Positions 10,575 to 19,741 of a stretch of DNA of 64,000 bases are shown piece by piece. This DNA is from Prevotella sp. (GTDB lineage Bacteria; Bacteroidota; Bacteroidia; Bacteroidales; Bacteroidaceae): NCBI GenBank assembly GCA_017619445.1, contig JAFZSI010000021.1, positions 10,216 to 74,215 of the forward strand, written 5' to 3'. The notes under the pieces were generated by a model. It was given only the letters and a program-made list of their open reading frames with translations. It made no database searches and was not told the origin of the DNA. Position 1 is the stretch's first letter. The number at the start of each line of letters is the position of its first letter. The translations under genes were made by a program, and so were the position numbers.

Positions 10575-10778
10575 TTTACGATTTACTATTTACTATTTAC
10601 TATTTTCGGGGGTACGGAGGTACGAAGGTACGGGGGTACGAGGTATGCTTCTTTAACTCCTTTTCTCCTTTATCTCCTTTATCTCCTTTACTTCTTTACT
10701 TCTTTACTTCTTTACTCCTTTACTTCTATACTCCTTTACTCCTTCTCTCCTTTATCTCCTTTTCTCCTTTACTCCTTC
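10575..10778. repeat. TTTACTA heptamers plus composite GGTACG / CTCCTTTA repeat
   Basis: (TTTACTA)n, then GGTACGGA-GGTACGAA-GGTACGGG-GGTACGA, then a long run of CTCCTTTA/CTTCTTTA units. Confidence 0.8.
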
Positions 10779-11560
10779 AGCTGTTTAACAGGGAAGTTGA
10801 AGTATGTGTCGGGGAACGGTTCGTCGCGCAGGGTGAAATGCCACCACTCGCTTTCCAAGGCTTTGAATCCGTGGCGCAACATGGCTTCCCTAAGAATCAT
10901 ACGGTTGTTGAACTGTTGTGGGGTAATGGTTCTGCTGGCCGGGCTCTTGCTGTTGTCACCAGTAAACTCGCCCGTCTGTGTATTGCCGCAGAAGTCTGGA
11001 TGGCTCTCCGGGCCAAACCAGTCGAAGGTGCCGCCCATGTCGAGTTCTTTCTCTGTTGCCATGTCGAAGAGAGTCAAATCCACCGTTGAGCCGCGCGTGT
11101 GTCCGCTTTTCGCAGCAATGTAGTCTTGCTCGAAAAGCACGCTTTTGTCAAGGTCGGGATAGAAATACTGCTTCATCAGTGTGTCTCCTATGTTCTCAGC
11201 CCACCGCACGAAGTGGTCAACAGCCTGCTGTGGGCGGTAGGCATCGTAGATTTTCAGTCTGAAGCCCTTCGCCCGCACGTCGTCGCTCACAGCTCTTAGG
11301 CTGTCGGCAGCTATTTTGGTCAGGAGTGCTGTGGGTTGGATGTAGCCGTCAATGCGCTGGCCTACAAAGTTGTAGGTGCCGAAATAGCGTATTTCCAGTA
11401 TGGCATCGGGCACGGCGTCGGTGAGCGTCACGAATTGGCTCGAGTCTTCAGTCACGCTTGCCAATTCGCTGTTTTTGCTTGTTGAGCAACGATTGGCAAT
11501 GAAGATGATGCCGCAGAAAAACAGGATGATGGCCAGCATCCACACACTGTCTTTTTTCAT
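10769..11560 (-). CDS. D-Ala-D-Ala dipeptidase (VanX/M15 family)
   Basis: YDAYRPQ, SGHTRGSTVD, LDMGGTFD and EWWHF motifs. Confidence 0.92.
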   Translation of the reverse strand: MKKDSVWMLAIILFFCGIIFIANRCSTSKNSELASVTEDSSQFVTLTDAVPDAILEIRYFGTYNFVGQRIDGYIQPTALLTKIAADSLRAVSDDVRAKGFRLKIYDAYRPQQAVDHFVRWAENIGDTLMKQYFYPDLDKSVLFEQDYIAAKSGHTRGSTVDLTLFDMATEKELDMGGTFDWFGPESHPDFCGNTQTGEFTGDNSKSPASRTITPQQFNNRMILREAMLRHGFKALESEWWHFTLRDEPFPDTYFNFPVKQLKE

Positions 11561-11665
11561 TGTAGTAACTAAATTATTGACTCTAATTGTATGGTTCTAA
11601 AAAAAGGGCTGGTGAGAAATTAACCTCTGCCAGCCTCTGTTTTTGTCAGTTTTTTCCCGATGGGG

Positions 11666-13759
11666 TTATTCTTCTTTCTCGCGGTTTTCGGCATCGATGG
11701 CCTTGATTTTCTCGCGCACCAGGTTGCAGTCGTCCTTGAGTCGCTGCACCTTGCGGTTCATCTCGTCGATGAGCGAGTTACCTTTCTTAGACGATGCGTT
11801 GAGGAATCCGAGGTTGTTCTCGTAGGTCTGTATCTCGGCCTTCATGCTCTCGTAGCGTCTCATCAGGCGGCTGCGCTCGTTGTCGAGAGCATCCTCGCCG
11901 CGGCGGGCCATATCCTTGAGGTTGTTGCGGAAGTTGTCGAGCCTGCGTCGTGCGGTAGAAATATTGAGTTCTTTGTAGAGGCGGTCGAGCACTTCGTGGT
12001 ATTCCTTATACACCTTGTCTTTCTCTCTGAAAGGCACATGGCCAATGGCCTGGTATTCGTCAACCAGCTTCTGCACGGTTTCCTGCGCGTTGTCAGTGGC
12101 CTCGTCGGCAACAGCCTTGAGCTTGGCAATGATGTCGCGTTTTTTCTGCAGGTTAGCGTGCTCCTCGTTGCGTGTGCCTGCTGTAGCAGCGTTGCGTGCC
12201 TCGAAGAATTTGTTGCATGCGCCGAGGAAGTCGTTCCACAGCTGGTCGCCCAATTTCTTTGGCACCATACCGATGGTCTTCCATTCTTTTTGCAGAGCGA
12301 TGAGCTTGTCGGTGGTTGATTTCCATTCGGTGCTGTCTTGCAATGCTTGTGCCTGAGCCACGAGGGCGCGTTTTTTCTCAGCGTTTTCAGCGAATCGCTG
12401 TTTGAGGTCTTTGAAGTATTGTGCTTTTTTGCCGAAGAACTGGTCGCAAGCAGAGCGGAAGCGCTCAAAAATCTTGACGTTCATCTTCTGCGGTGCGAAG
12501 CCAATGGTCTTCCATTCGGCCTGTATGTCCATAATCTCCTTGGTGCGGCGTTCCCACTCGCTTGCACCCTTGGCATCTTCTTGTGCGATGGCCTCCACGC
12601 GTTCGCAGAGAGCTGTTTTCTTCGCCAGATTTTCTTCCTCACGAGCCCGCAGGTTTTCAAAGTACTGCTGGTGGCGCTTGTTGATGACTGTGCTTGCAGC
12701 CTTGAAACGTGCCCATATCTCCTCGCGCTGCTCTTTGGCCACGGGACCCGTCTCACGGTACTCCTGATGCAGTTTCTGCAACTGATGGAAAGCACTGATG
12801 ACATCCGACTCGTTTGCCAGGTTCTCAGCGGCCTCACAGAGTTTGGTCTTCAGTTCAAGGTTTTTGCGGAAATCATATTCGCGTGCCTCGCTGTTGAGCT
12901 TCAGCAGGTCGTAGAACTGCTCAACGTAGAGCTGGTAGTTGCGCCACAGTTCATTAGCCTTGTCTGCCGGAACATTTTTGATTTCTTTCCACTCGGCCTG
13001 CAGTTTTTTGAATTCCTGATACGAACGATTAGCCTCTTCGGGCGAGGTGGCCATGTTCTTCAGCCGGTCGATGATGTTGAGTTTCTTCTTCAGGTTTTCC
13101 TGCTTTTCTGCTTCCTGTTCCTGGAACAGCTTTGCTCTTTTCTCTTTGATGAAGCTCATTTCTGCCTTGAACACCTCCTCGTCCTCGTCGGGCTGTACCT
13201 GATATTTCTCGGGGTCTCCGCCATTGTCGAGATATTCTTTGAGGTTGGCTTCGCGCTCTGCTATGTGCAATTTGTAGAAGATGGTCTTCAGGTTGTCTAT
13301 TTCCTCCTTGCCAGGGTTCTCGTCACCGTGGGCCAGTTGCTTGATTCTGTCCAGAATCTCGGCCTTTGTCTTATAGACCTTCTTGGTCTCATCGGCTTTC
13401 GGCTGGTTGTCTTCGGCAGGCTGCTCGGCCACGGGCTCCTCAACTGCAGGTGCTTCTTCTGCTGCTGGAGTTTCTTCGGCCACAGGTGCTTCCTCAACTG
13501 CGGGCACTTCCTCCTCAGCGGCAGGCACTTTTTCTGCAACGGGTTCTTCCTGAGCTACAGGTGCTTCTTCCTCGACAACGGAAGCCTCCTCTGCTACAGC
13601 AGTTTCTTCCTCTGCGGCAGCGGGAGTTTCTGGTTCGGGCTGTACGGCCTCTGTTTCAGCCTGGATGTTTTCAACTTGAGAAACCACTTCCTGAGCAGCT
13701 TCTTCTACATTCTGTTCAATGTTTTTTGCCTGTTCAAGGGCATTGTCTTGAGAGTTCAT
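11666..13759 (-). CDS. DUF349 repeat protein
   Basis: Repeated ENL..K..L..LQ.EWK.IG.VP helical units; acidic EEAPVAEE N-terminus. Confidence 0.88.
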   Translation of the reverse strand: MNSQDNALEQAKNIEQNVEEAAQEVVSQVENIQAETEAVQPEPETPAAAEEETAVAEEASVVEEEAPVAQEEPVAEKVPAAEEEVPAVEEAPVAEETPAAEEAPAVEEPVAEQPAEDNQPKADETKKVYKTKAEILDRIKQLAHGDENPGKEEIDNLKTIFYKLHIAEREANLKEYLDNGGDPEKYQVQPDEDEEVFKAEMSFIKEKRAKLFQEQEAEKQENLKKKLNIIDRLKNMATSPEEANRSYQEFKKLQAEWKEIKNVPADKANELWRNYQLYVEQFYDLLKLNSEAREYDFRKNLELKTKLCEAAENLANESDVISAFHQLQKLHQEYRETGPVAKEQREEIWARFKAASTVINKRHQQYFENLRAREEENLAKKTALCERVEAIAQEDAKGASEWERRTKEIMDIQAEWKTIGFAPQKMNVKIFERFRSACDQFFGKKAQYFKDLKQRFAENAEKKRALVAQAQALQDSTEWKSTTDKLIALQKEWKTIGMVPKKLGDQLWNDFLGACNKFFEARNAATAGTRNEEHANLQKKRDIIAKLKAVADEATDNAQETVQKLVDEYQAIGHVPFREKDKVYKEYHEVLDRLYKELNISTARRRLDNFRNNLKDMARRGEDALDNERSRLMRRYESMKAEIQTYENNLGFLNASSKKGNSLIDEMNRKVQRLKDDCNLVREKIKAIDAENREKEE

Positions 13760-13903
13760 CGTTTGGGTTGTTTTGTTGATGATAGGTTATGATAAAGCCA
13801 ATGGTTGTGAAAGCCAAAGGCTTACACGCATTATGGGTTGCAAACTTAGGTAAAAAAAACGAAAAAACGAAATTTTTTGCTAACTTTTTTTACAAATTCA
13901 TGC

Positions 13904-14830
13904 TCAAATAAGCCTTTTGTGGCGGAAAATCCACCAAATGAGCACCGAAACGAGCACCGAAATAACCAATGCGATGATGAATCCGAAAGGCGAACTTTCC
14001 ATTCCGTTGACAAGGTTCATTCCGAAAAGCGACGCAATGAGCGTTGGGAACATCAAAAGAATGGAGACGCTGGTGAGCGTTCGCATTACGGTGTTCATGT
14101 TGTTGTTGATAATGCTCTGGTAGGTGTCCATGGTAGATTCCAAGATGTCTGAGTAGATGTTGGCCGTTTCTCGCGCCTGTGTCATCTCAATGGTCACGTC
14201 CTCGATGAGGTCTGCATCGAGCTCATCCACCTGTAGCTTGAACTTCAGTTTCTGCAACAGGTTCTCGTTGCCGCGGATGGAGGTGACGAAATATGTCAGT
14301 GAGTCTTGCAGCCTGGATAGTCCGATGAGGCTTTCGTTGTTCACCTCGTGGTCCAGATTCTGTTTGGCTTTCTCAATGAGTGTGTTAATTTGTTTGAGGC
14401 GTTTCAGATACCATACTGCACTCGACAGGAACAGACGGAAAATCATGTCCACATAATCGGTGAAACCGTCGCCGCGTTTCTGTTGGAAACTGACGAAGTC
14501 AATCATCATGTTCGTCTCGTAGTAGCATACGGTGATGGTCACGTCCCTTTTGTGGATGATGCCAAGGGGCACGGTGGTGTAGGGGGTGCGCGAGCGTATT
14601 TCCTTCACATAAGGTATGCGCAGGATGATGAGCATCCAGCCGTCGTCATACTCATAGCGGGCACGCTCGTCGGTGTCGCTGATGTCGGGGAAGAAATAGT
14701 CGGGAATGTTGAAACGCTCCTCCAGTTCGCGTTGGTCTTCGTCTGTCGGACACGTCACCTGTATCCAGCAGTTGGGCTGCCACTCGTCGAGCTTCTTCAG
14801 GCAGCCTGTGGTGTTCCAGAATGTCTTCAT
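13904..14830 (-). CDS. corA: CorA family Mg2+ transporter
   Basis: GMN signature (FGMNL) and two C-terminal TMs; start taken at MKTFW. Confidence 0.9.
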   Translation of the reverse strand: MKTFWNTTGCLKKLDEWQPNCWIQVTCPTDEDQRELEERFNIPDYFFPDISDTDERARYEYDDGWMLIILRIPYVKEIRSRTPYTTVPLGIIHKRDVTITVCYYETNMMIDFVSFQQKRGDGFTDYVDMIFRLFLSSAVWYLKRLKQINTLIEKAKQNLDHEVNNESLIGLSRLQDSLTYFVTSIRGNENLLQKLKFKLQVDELDADLIEDVTIEMTQARETANIYSDILESTMDTYQSIINNNMNTVMRTLTSVSILLMFPTLIASLFGMNLVNGMESSPFGFIIALVISVLVSVLIWWIFRHKRLI

Positions 14831-14832
14831 TG

Positions 14833-15020
14833 TGCTAATCCTTTTTTCCCACCCTTCCTGAAGGGAAGTGGCTGGGATGGTTTGTTGACTTAGAAAAACT
14901 GCAAATGCGGCAAAGGGATTAGCAGCCTTGCCGCCCGTCCCCCGCCTACGGTTTGTAACTATCCGCCGGGTAATCGTCCATAATTCTGTTGTTAATAATT
15001 TGGTTTGCGGCTGCAAAGAT
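14833..15020 (-). promoter_or_regulatory. corA leader with uORF (14946-14981, MDDYPADSYKP) and alternative hairpins
   Basis: -7 box TATCTTTG at about 15014-15021, an 11-codon uORF, hairpin 14907-14934, and a 9-bp complement to the start-proximal GGATTAGCA. Confidence 0.6.
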
Positions 15021-15172
15021 AAAAAAAAAAGTGTAAAAGAGTGCAGCGTAGGCCTGTTTTTTTGCTCGAAGTTCGTTTTTTTCAGAAAAAAGACATGAGA
15101 ACAGGTGTTCCCGCCAAATTATATGGTTAGAAACCTGTTCTCATGCACCTTGAGATTACATGTTGCAGAAAT

Positions 15173-16630
15173 CTATTTCTCGGGAATGTCCTCCAGGGTC
15201 TTCTTCAGTAGTGTCCAGAACGGCTCGACGCTGGCAATGAGTGCGCGCTCTGTGGTGGTGTGCGGCGATTTCATGGTTGGGCCAAACGAGACCACGTCCA
15301 GGTGTGGGTATTTGCCCAGGATGACCGAGCATTCCAGTCCTGCATGATCTACCTGAATAATGCCCTGGCCTCCAAAGAGTTCCTTGTACTCGCGTAGCAG
15401 CAGGTGCAGAATCTCCGACTGCGGGTTGGGGTCCCATCCGCCGTAGCTTCCAGCCGTCTCAACCTTCATGCCGGCCATGTTGAAGCAGCACTCCAGCATG
15501 CCCACCACGTAGTCTTTCATGTCCTCGCGGCTTGAGCGGGCCAGGATCTTCAGCGCGGCCTTGCCCCCCTCGATGTCGATTATAGCCAGGTTGCTCGATG
15601 TCTCCACCACGTCGGGATAGGAGGGAATCATGCGCACCACGCCGTCGTGGCAGGCGTAGATGGCGCTCACCAGATTGTCCTGAATCTCCACGGGAACCTC
15701 AGTCTTGGGTGTCTCCACGTCCTCTGCGAAGAACTCAATGCCACTCTCAATGTTCTTGTACTGGTCGGTGAAGTCGGCCTTCCAGTCATCGACAAGCTCG
15801 CGCAGGGCCTCTACGTTCTCCTTGGGCAGCGTGAGAATTACCTCGGCTTTGAACGGGATGGCGTTGCGCATGTTGCCGCCGTGCCAGCTGGCCAGTCGTG
15901 CCTCGCATTCCTCGATGGCCTCGCGCACGAAGCGCACCATGAGCTTGTTGGCATTGGCGCGGCCCTCGTGAATCTCCAGACCAGAGTGTCCGCCGCGCAG
16001 CCCTTTGAGCGTAACCTTGACGGCCACGTCGTTGGGGTCTGTTTCAGCCTCTTTGTAGTCCAGTGTGGCGGTGACGTCAATGCCACCAGCGCTTCCAATG
16101 ACAAATTTGCCCCAGTGTTCTGAGTCGAGATTAAGCAGAATGTCGCCGTTCAACTCGCCCGTAGGCAGTGCGTTGGCGCCGAACATACCTGTTTCCTCGT
16201 CGGCAGTGATGAGTGCCTCCACGGGTCCGTGCTTCAGCGTCTTGTCTTCCATGATGGCCATGATAGAGGCCACGCCCAGACCGTTGTCGGCACCGAGTGT
16301 GGTGCCCCGTGCCTTCACCCACTCGCCGTCAATCCACGGTTCAATGGGGTCGGTCTCAAAGTTGTGCTTGCTTTCAGGAGTCTTCTGCGGCACCATATCC
16401 ATGTGGGCCTGCAGGATGACGCCCTTACGGTTCTCCATGCCTGGAAATGCGGGTTTGCGCATCACGATGTTGTCGGCAGGGTCTTTGAATGCTTCCACGC
16501 CTGCTTCTTTTGCGAAGTCAAGCAGGAACTGCTGGATTTTCTCTAAGTGTCCGCTTGGGCGCGGTACCTGGGTTAGCGCATAGAAATTCTTCCATACGCA
16601 TTGGGGATTTAACTTTTGGATTTCGTTCAT
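15173..16630 (-). CDS. pepD: Aminoacyl-histidine dipeptidase
   Basis: LQAHMDMV, TTLGADNG, DEETG, GGHSG, HAGLEC. Confidence 0.95.
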   Translation of the reverse strand: MNEIQKLNPQCVWKNFYALTQVPRPSGHLEKIQQFLLDFAKEAGVEAFKDPADNIVMRKPAFPGMENRKGVILQAHMDMVPQKTPESKHNFETDPIEPWIDGEWVKARGTTLGADNGLGVASIMAIMEDKTLKHGPVEALITADEETGMFGANALPTGELNGDILLNLDSEHWGKFVIGSAGGIDVTATLDYKEAETDPNDVAVKVTLKGLRGGHSGLEIHEGRANANKLMVRFVREAIEECEARLASWHGGNMRNAIPFKAEVILTLPKENVEALRELVDDWKADFTDQYKNIESGIEFFAEDVETPKTEVPVEIQDNLVSAIYACHDGVVRMIPSYPDVVETSSNLAIIDIEGGKAALKILARSSREDMKDYVVGMLECCFNMAGMKVETAGSYGGWDPNPQSEILHLLLREYKELFGGQGIIQVDHAGLECSVILGKYPHLDVVSFGPTMKSPHTTTERALIASVEPFWTLLKKTLEDIPEK

Positions 16631-16663
16631 AGTGGTTAGGTTTTTTTAGAGGAGAGAGTTCTT

Positions 16664-16700
16664 CGGGGGTACGGAGGTACGGAGGTACGAGGGTACGAGA
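16664..16700. repeat. GGTACG(G/A)(A/G) octamer tandem repeat
   Basis: GGTACGGA GGTACGGA GGTACGAG GGTACGAG. Confidence 0.75.
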
Positions 16701-16722
16701 ATACTCTTCTCACTGGTTAATG

Positions 16723-17748
16723 TTATGATTGTTGTTGTTTATTTAATCTTTCTTGTAAGGATTTCCCACGTACCTTCGATGTAAAGTTTAATGCCATCCA
16801 CGCATAAATGCCCAAAGCGATGACCAGCATGGTTTGCACCGTGTGGACGATGAGCACGAAGTAGAGTGCCTGCTCGTCGGCCACGCCGTAGAGGATGAGC
16901 ATAGTCTTCACGGCGAAGTGCCAAGGGCCGGCCCCGTTGGGCGTGGGCACAATGACGGCGATGCTGCCCACCACAAAGGTGACCAGCGCACAGGCAATGC
17001 CGAGATTCTCGGTGAAGGGGAAGCAAAAGAAGGTGAGGTAGTAGTGCAGGAAATAGCACACCCAGATGCCGATGGTAAAAAAGAGGAACAGCGGGATGTT
17101 CTTCACGTTCTTCAGCGACACGATGCCTTGCCAGATGTCGCGCAGCGTGTCTTTTACCTTATTATATAATGAAAGCCTTCGCAGCAACCAAGCCGCTAAC
17201 AGCAACACTGCCACACCGCAAAGGGCGGTGACCAGATAGCCGGTGGCGGAGAATTGCGTGAAAAGGCTGTCGATGCTGGTGCCCGTGCGGTCGAAAAAGG
17301 TTCCGAACACGCTCATTTGAAAGAGCAGCGTGAGGCCCGTGACGAGCAAAACCACCACCGTGTCGATGGCGCGTTCGGTGACAACGGTGCCCAACGCTTT
17401 GGAGAACGACACTCCGTCGTAGCGGCTGAGCACGCCGCAGCGCGTAAACTCGCCGATGCGGGGCACAACCAGGCTGGCGGCGTAGGACAGGAACACGGCG
17501 TTGACGCTGGTGCTCGTGCGGGGACTTTCGCCCGTGGGCTGCAGCGTCTGCCGCCAGCGCCATCCGCGGAACACCTGTGCCATGATGCCAAAGGGAAACG
17601 ACAGCAGCATCCACGTCCAGTCCATTTCGTGGAGCAGCACGTGCTCAATGCGGCGGAAGTCGAATCCGCGGTACATCCAATAGAGTATTCCTCCGCCCAA
17701 AACGAGCGGAAGCGCTATTTTCAGCAGATTGTTGACGGTGTGTTTCAT
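16723..17748 (-). CDS. Lysylphosphatidylglycerol synthase TM / flippase-like membrane protein
   Basis: RGWRW, PRIGEFTR, GTVVTER..D and PTPNGAG motifs. Confidence 0.85.
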   Translation of the reverse strand: MKHTVNNLLKIALPLVLGGGILYWMYRGFDFRRIEHVLLHEMDWTWMLLSFPFGIMAQVFRGWRWRQTLQPTGESPRTSTSVNAVFLSYAASLVVPRIGEFTRCGVLSRYDGVSFSKALGTVVTERAIDTVVVLLVTGLTLLFQMSVFGTFFDRTGTSIDSLFTQFSATGYLVTALCGVAVLLLAAWLLRRLSLYNKVKDTLRDIWQGIVSLKNVKNIPLFLFFTIGIWVCYFLHYYLTFFCFPFTENLGIACALVTFVVGSIAVIVPTPNGAGPWHFAVKTMLILYGVADEQALYFVLIVHTVQTMLVIALGIYAWMALNFTSKVRGKSLQERLNKQQQS

Positions 17749-17999
17749 TTATTAGATTGCAAAGCTACGGTGTTTTTGCGTAATGGCAAAATAAAAAGGG
17801 TTAATTTTACTTATACTGATTGACCTGCGTCAAAAAAACGGCCCGTTTGCCATGATAACCCTCGCATTGCTTGTTCGCCAGACAAAAACTCCGTACCTTT
17901 GCAGCGTTTTCAGAGGAAAACAACATGGAGACTTATAAACAACATATTTTCAGGTAACATTTTTAGGATAACAATTAAAAGTAAAGAAAGGGTAAAAAG

Positions 18000-18095
18000 A
18001 TGACAGTTACAGTTATGATTCTGGCCGTGGTGGCCATTACACTCGCAGAGGCAGTGAAAGTCAGCAAAGACATTGACACAGATGCCCAAAAATGA
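18000..18095 (+). CDS. Putative 31-aa hydrophobic small protein
   Basis: MTVTVMILAVVAITLAEAVKVSKDIDTDAQK; A-rich 5' region, upstream -7 box (TACCTTTG 17894) and downstream terminator. Confidence 0.5.
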   Translation: MTVTVMILAVVAITLAEAVKVSKDIDTDAQK

Positions 18096-18146
18096 AAAAG
18101 CAGGCAGCGGACGAGTTCCGCAACAGAAACAATAAATAATGGAGAT

Positions 18147-18181
18147 GGCGGGTCGGCATTGCGCTGATCCGCTGTTTTTTT
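18147..18181 (+). terminator. Intrinsic terminator
   Basis: GGCGGGTCGGC-ATTGC-GCTGATCCGCT followed by a T run. Confidence 0.65.
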
Positions 18182-18250
18182 CGCCTTTTTGCTTGGTGCG
18201 TTGTGGCAAAACCACTATCTTTGCAGCAAAATAGTAGTTAAGGAGAATCC

Positions 18251-19045
18251 ATGAGACAAGTAAGACCCAAAAAGAATCTCGGACAGCATTTCCTCACCGA
18301 CTTAGGCATTGCCGGCCGCATTGCCGACACCGTGGATGCGTGTCCAGGGCTGCCCGTGTTGGAGGTGGGCCCCGGCATGGGCGTGCTCACCCAGTTTCTG
18401 GTGAAGAAAGACCGCCCCGTGCGCGTGGTGGAAATTGATGCTGAGTCGGTGGCATGGCTGCACGAACATTTTGCGTTCATGGCCGAGGACATCATTGGTG
18501 AGGATTTCCTGCGCATGGACCTCACGCGCGTGTTCGACGGCAAGCCCTTCGTGCTCACGGGCAACTACCCCTACGACATATCTTCTCAAATATTCTTCAA
18601 GATGCTCGACAACCGCGACCTCATACCCTGCTGCACGGGCATGATTCAGCACGAGGTGGCCCTGCGAATGGCCTCGCAGCCTGGAAACAAGCAGTATGGC
18701 ATCCTGTCGGTGCTGATTCAAGCCTGGTACGATGTGGAATACCTGTTCACCGTCGAGCCTTCGGTGTTCAACCCGCCGCCTAAGGTGCAGAGTGCCGTCA
18801 TCCGCATGACGCGCAACAGCGTTGAGCACCTCGGTTGCGACGAACAGTTGTTCCGCCGACTGGTGAAAACCGTGTTCAACCAGCGCCGCAAGATGCTGCG
18901 CGTCAGTCTGCGCCAGCTCTTTGCCGACAAGATGCCCCCGGCGGCATTCTTTGAGCATCCGTTCATGACGCGCCGCCCCGAGCAGCTCAGCATTCCCGAG
19001 TTTGTGGAGCTGACAAACATGGTGCAACAAGTGTTGCAATCTTAA
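18251..19045 (+). CDS. rsmA: 16S rRNA dimethyltransferase KsgA
   Basis: PKKNLGQHFL, LEVGPGMG, GNYPY, PPPKVQS. Confidence 0.96.
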   Translation: MRQVRPKKNLGQHFLTDLGIAGRIADTVDACPGLPVLEVGPGMGVLTQFLVKKDRPVRVVEIDAESVAWLHEHFAFMAEDIIGEDFLRMDLTRVFDGKPFVLTGNYPYDISSQIFFKMLDNRDLIPCCTGMIQHEVALRMASQPGNKQYGILSVLIQAWYDVEYLFTVEPSVFNPPPKVQSAVIRMTRNSVEHLGCDEQLFRRLVKTVFNQRRKMLRVSLRQLFADKMPPAAFFEHPFMTRRPEQLSIPEFVELTNMVQQVLQS

Positions 19046-19058
19046 CAATCTCTTTTTC

Positions 19059-19526
19059 ATGGACAAAAAACAAACCTACGAGCAACTGCTGCCGCAGATT
19101 GCGGCACTCATTGAGGGCGAGACCGACGAGGTGAGCGTTCTTGCCAATGTTTGCGCCGCCCTTCATCAGGCCTTCGACCGCTTTTTCTGGACCGGTTTCT
19201 ACATGGTGCGCCAGAATGAGCTGCGTTTAGGCCCCTTCCAAGGCCCCGTGGCCTGCATGCACATCGCCTACGGGCGCGGTGTGTGCGGCACGGCGTGGAA
19301 AGAGGCGCGAACCATTGTCGTGCCCGACGTGGAACAGTTTCCCGGACACATATCCTGCAGCTCGCAGAGCCGCTCGGAAATCGTTGTGCCGTTGCTCAGG
19401 GCCAACGGCACCGTGGCCGGTGTGCTCGACATCGACAGCACCGACCTCAATGCCTTCGACACTACCGACCAGCACTATCTGGAACAGCTTGCCGACCGAC
19501 TTGTGCACAATTTGTTCACAAAATAG
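19059..19526 (+). CDS. GAF domain protein (free Met-R-sulfoxide reductase MsrC-like)
   Basis: WTGFY, LGPFQGPVAC, GRGVCG, HISC..SRSEIVVP, VLDIDS. Confidence 0.88.
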   Translation: MDKKQTYEQLLPQIAALIEGETDEVSVLANVCAALHQAFDRFFWTGFYMVRQNELRLGPFQGPVACMHIAYGRGVCGTAWKEARTIVVPDVEQFPGHISCSSQSRSEIVVPLLRANGTVAGVLDIDSTDLNAFDTTDQHYLEQLADRLVHNLFTK

Positions 19527-19636
19527 ATTCCCCTTTTCAGTTTGTGCACAATTTGTGCACAAACCAGGAATCACAACATGCCGTTTTTAACATTTAGCAT
19601 GCAGAACTGTTGCTGCCATTGCCGACAGCACAAATA

Positions 19637-19694
19637 CAAAGTGCGGCTTTACGATGAAATTCTCTAGAGAATTCTGTCGTAAAGCCGCACTTTG
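19637..19694. repeat. Modular palindromic repeat, cluster 3
   Basis: 36-bp palindrome at 19648-19683 extended by CAAAGTGCGGC/GCCGCACTTTG arms. Confidence 0.9.
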
Positions 19695-19741
19695 CAATCT
19701 TAGCTTTCAGATATGCGGAAACAACGCGCCATGTTATGACG

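Noticed and set aside
10769-11560. Vancomycin resistance cluster
   Set aside because: A lone VanX-like dipeptidase without vanH/vanA or regulators; such enzymes are common in Bacteroidales.
8705-11600. Integrated element at tRNA-Gln
   Set aside because: No integrase and no duplicated tRNA 3' end were found.
13380-13700. EEAPVAEE repeats in the DUF349 N-terminus
   Set aside because: Ordinary acidic low-complexity linker typical of this family.
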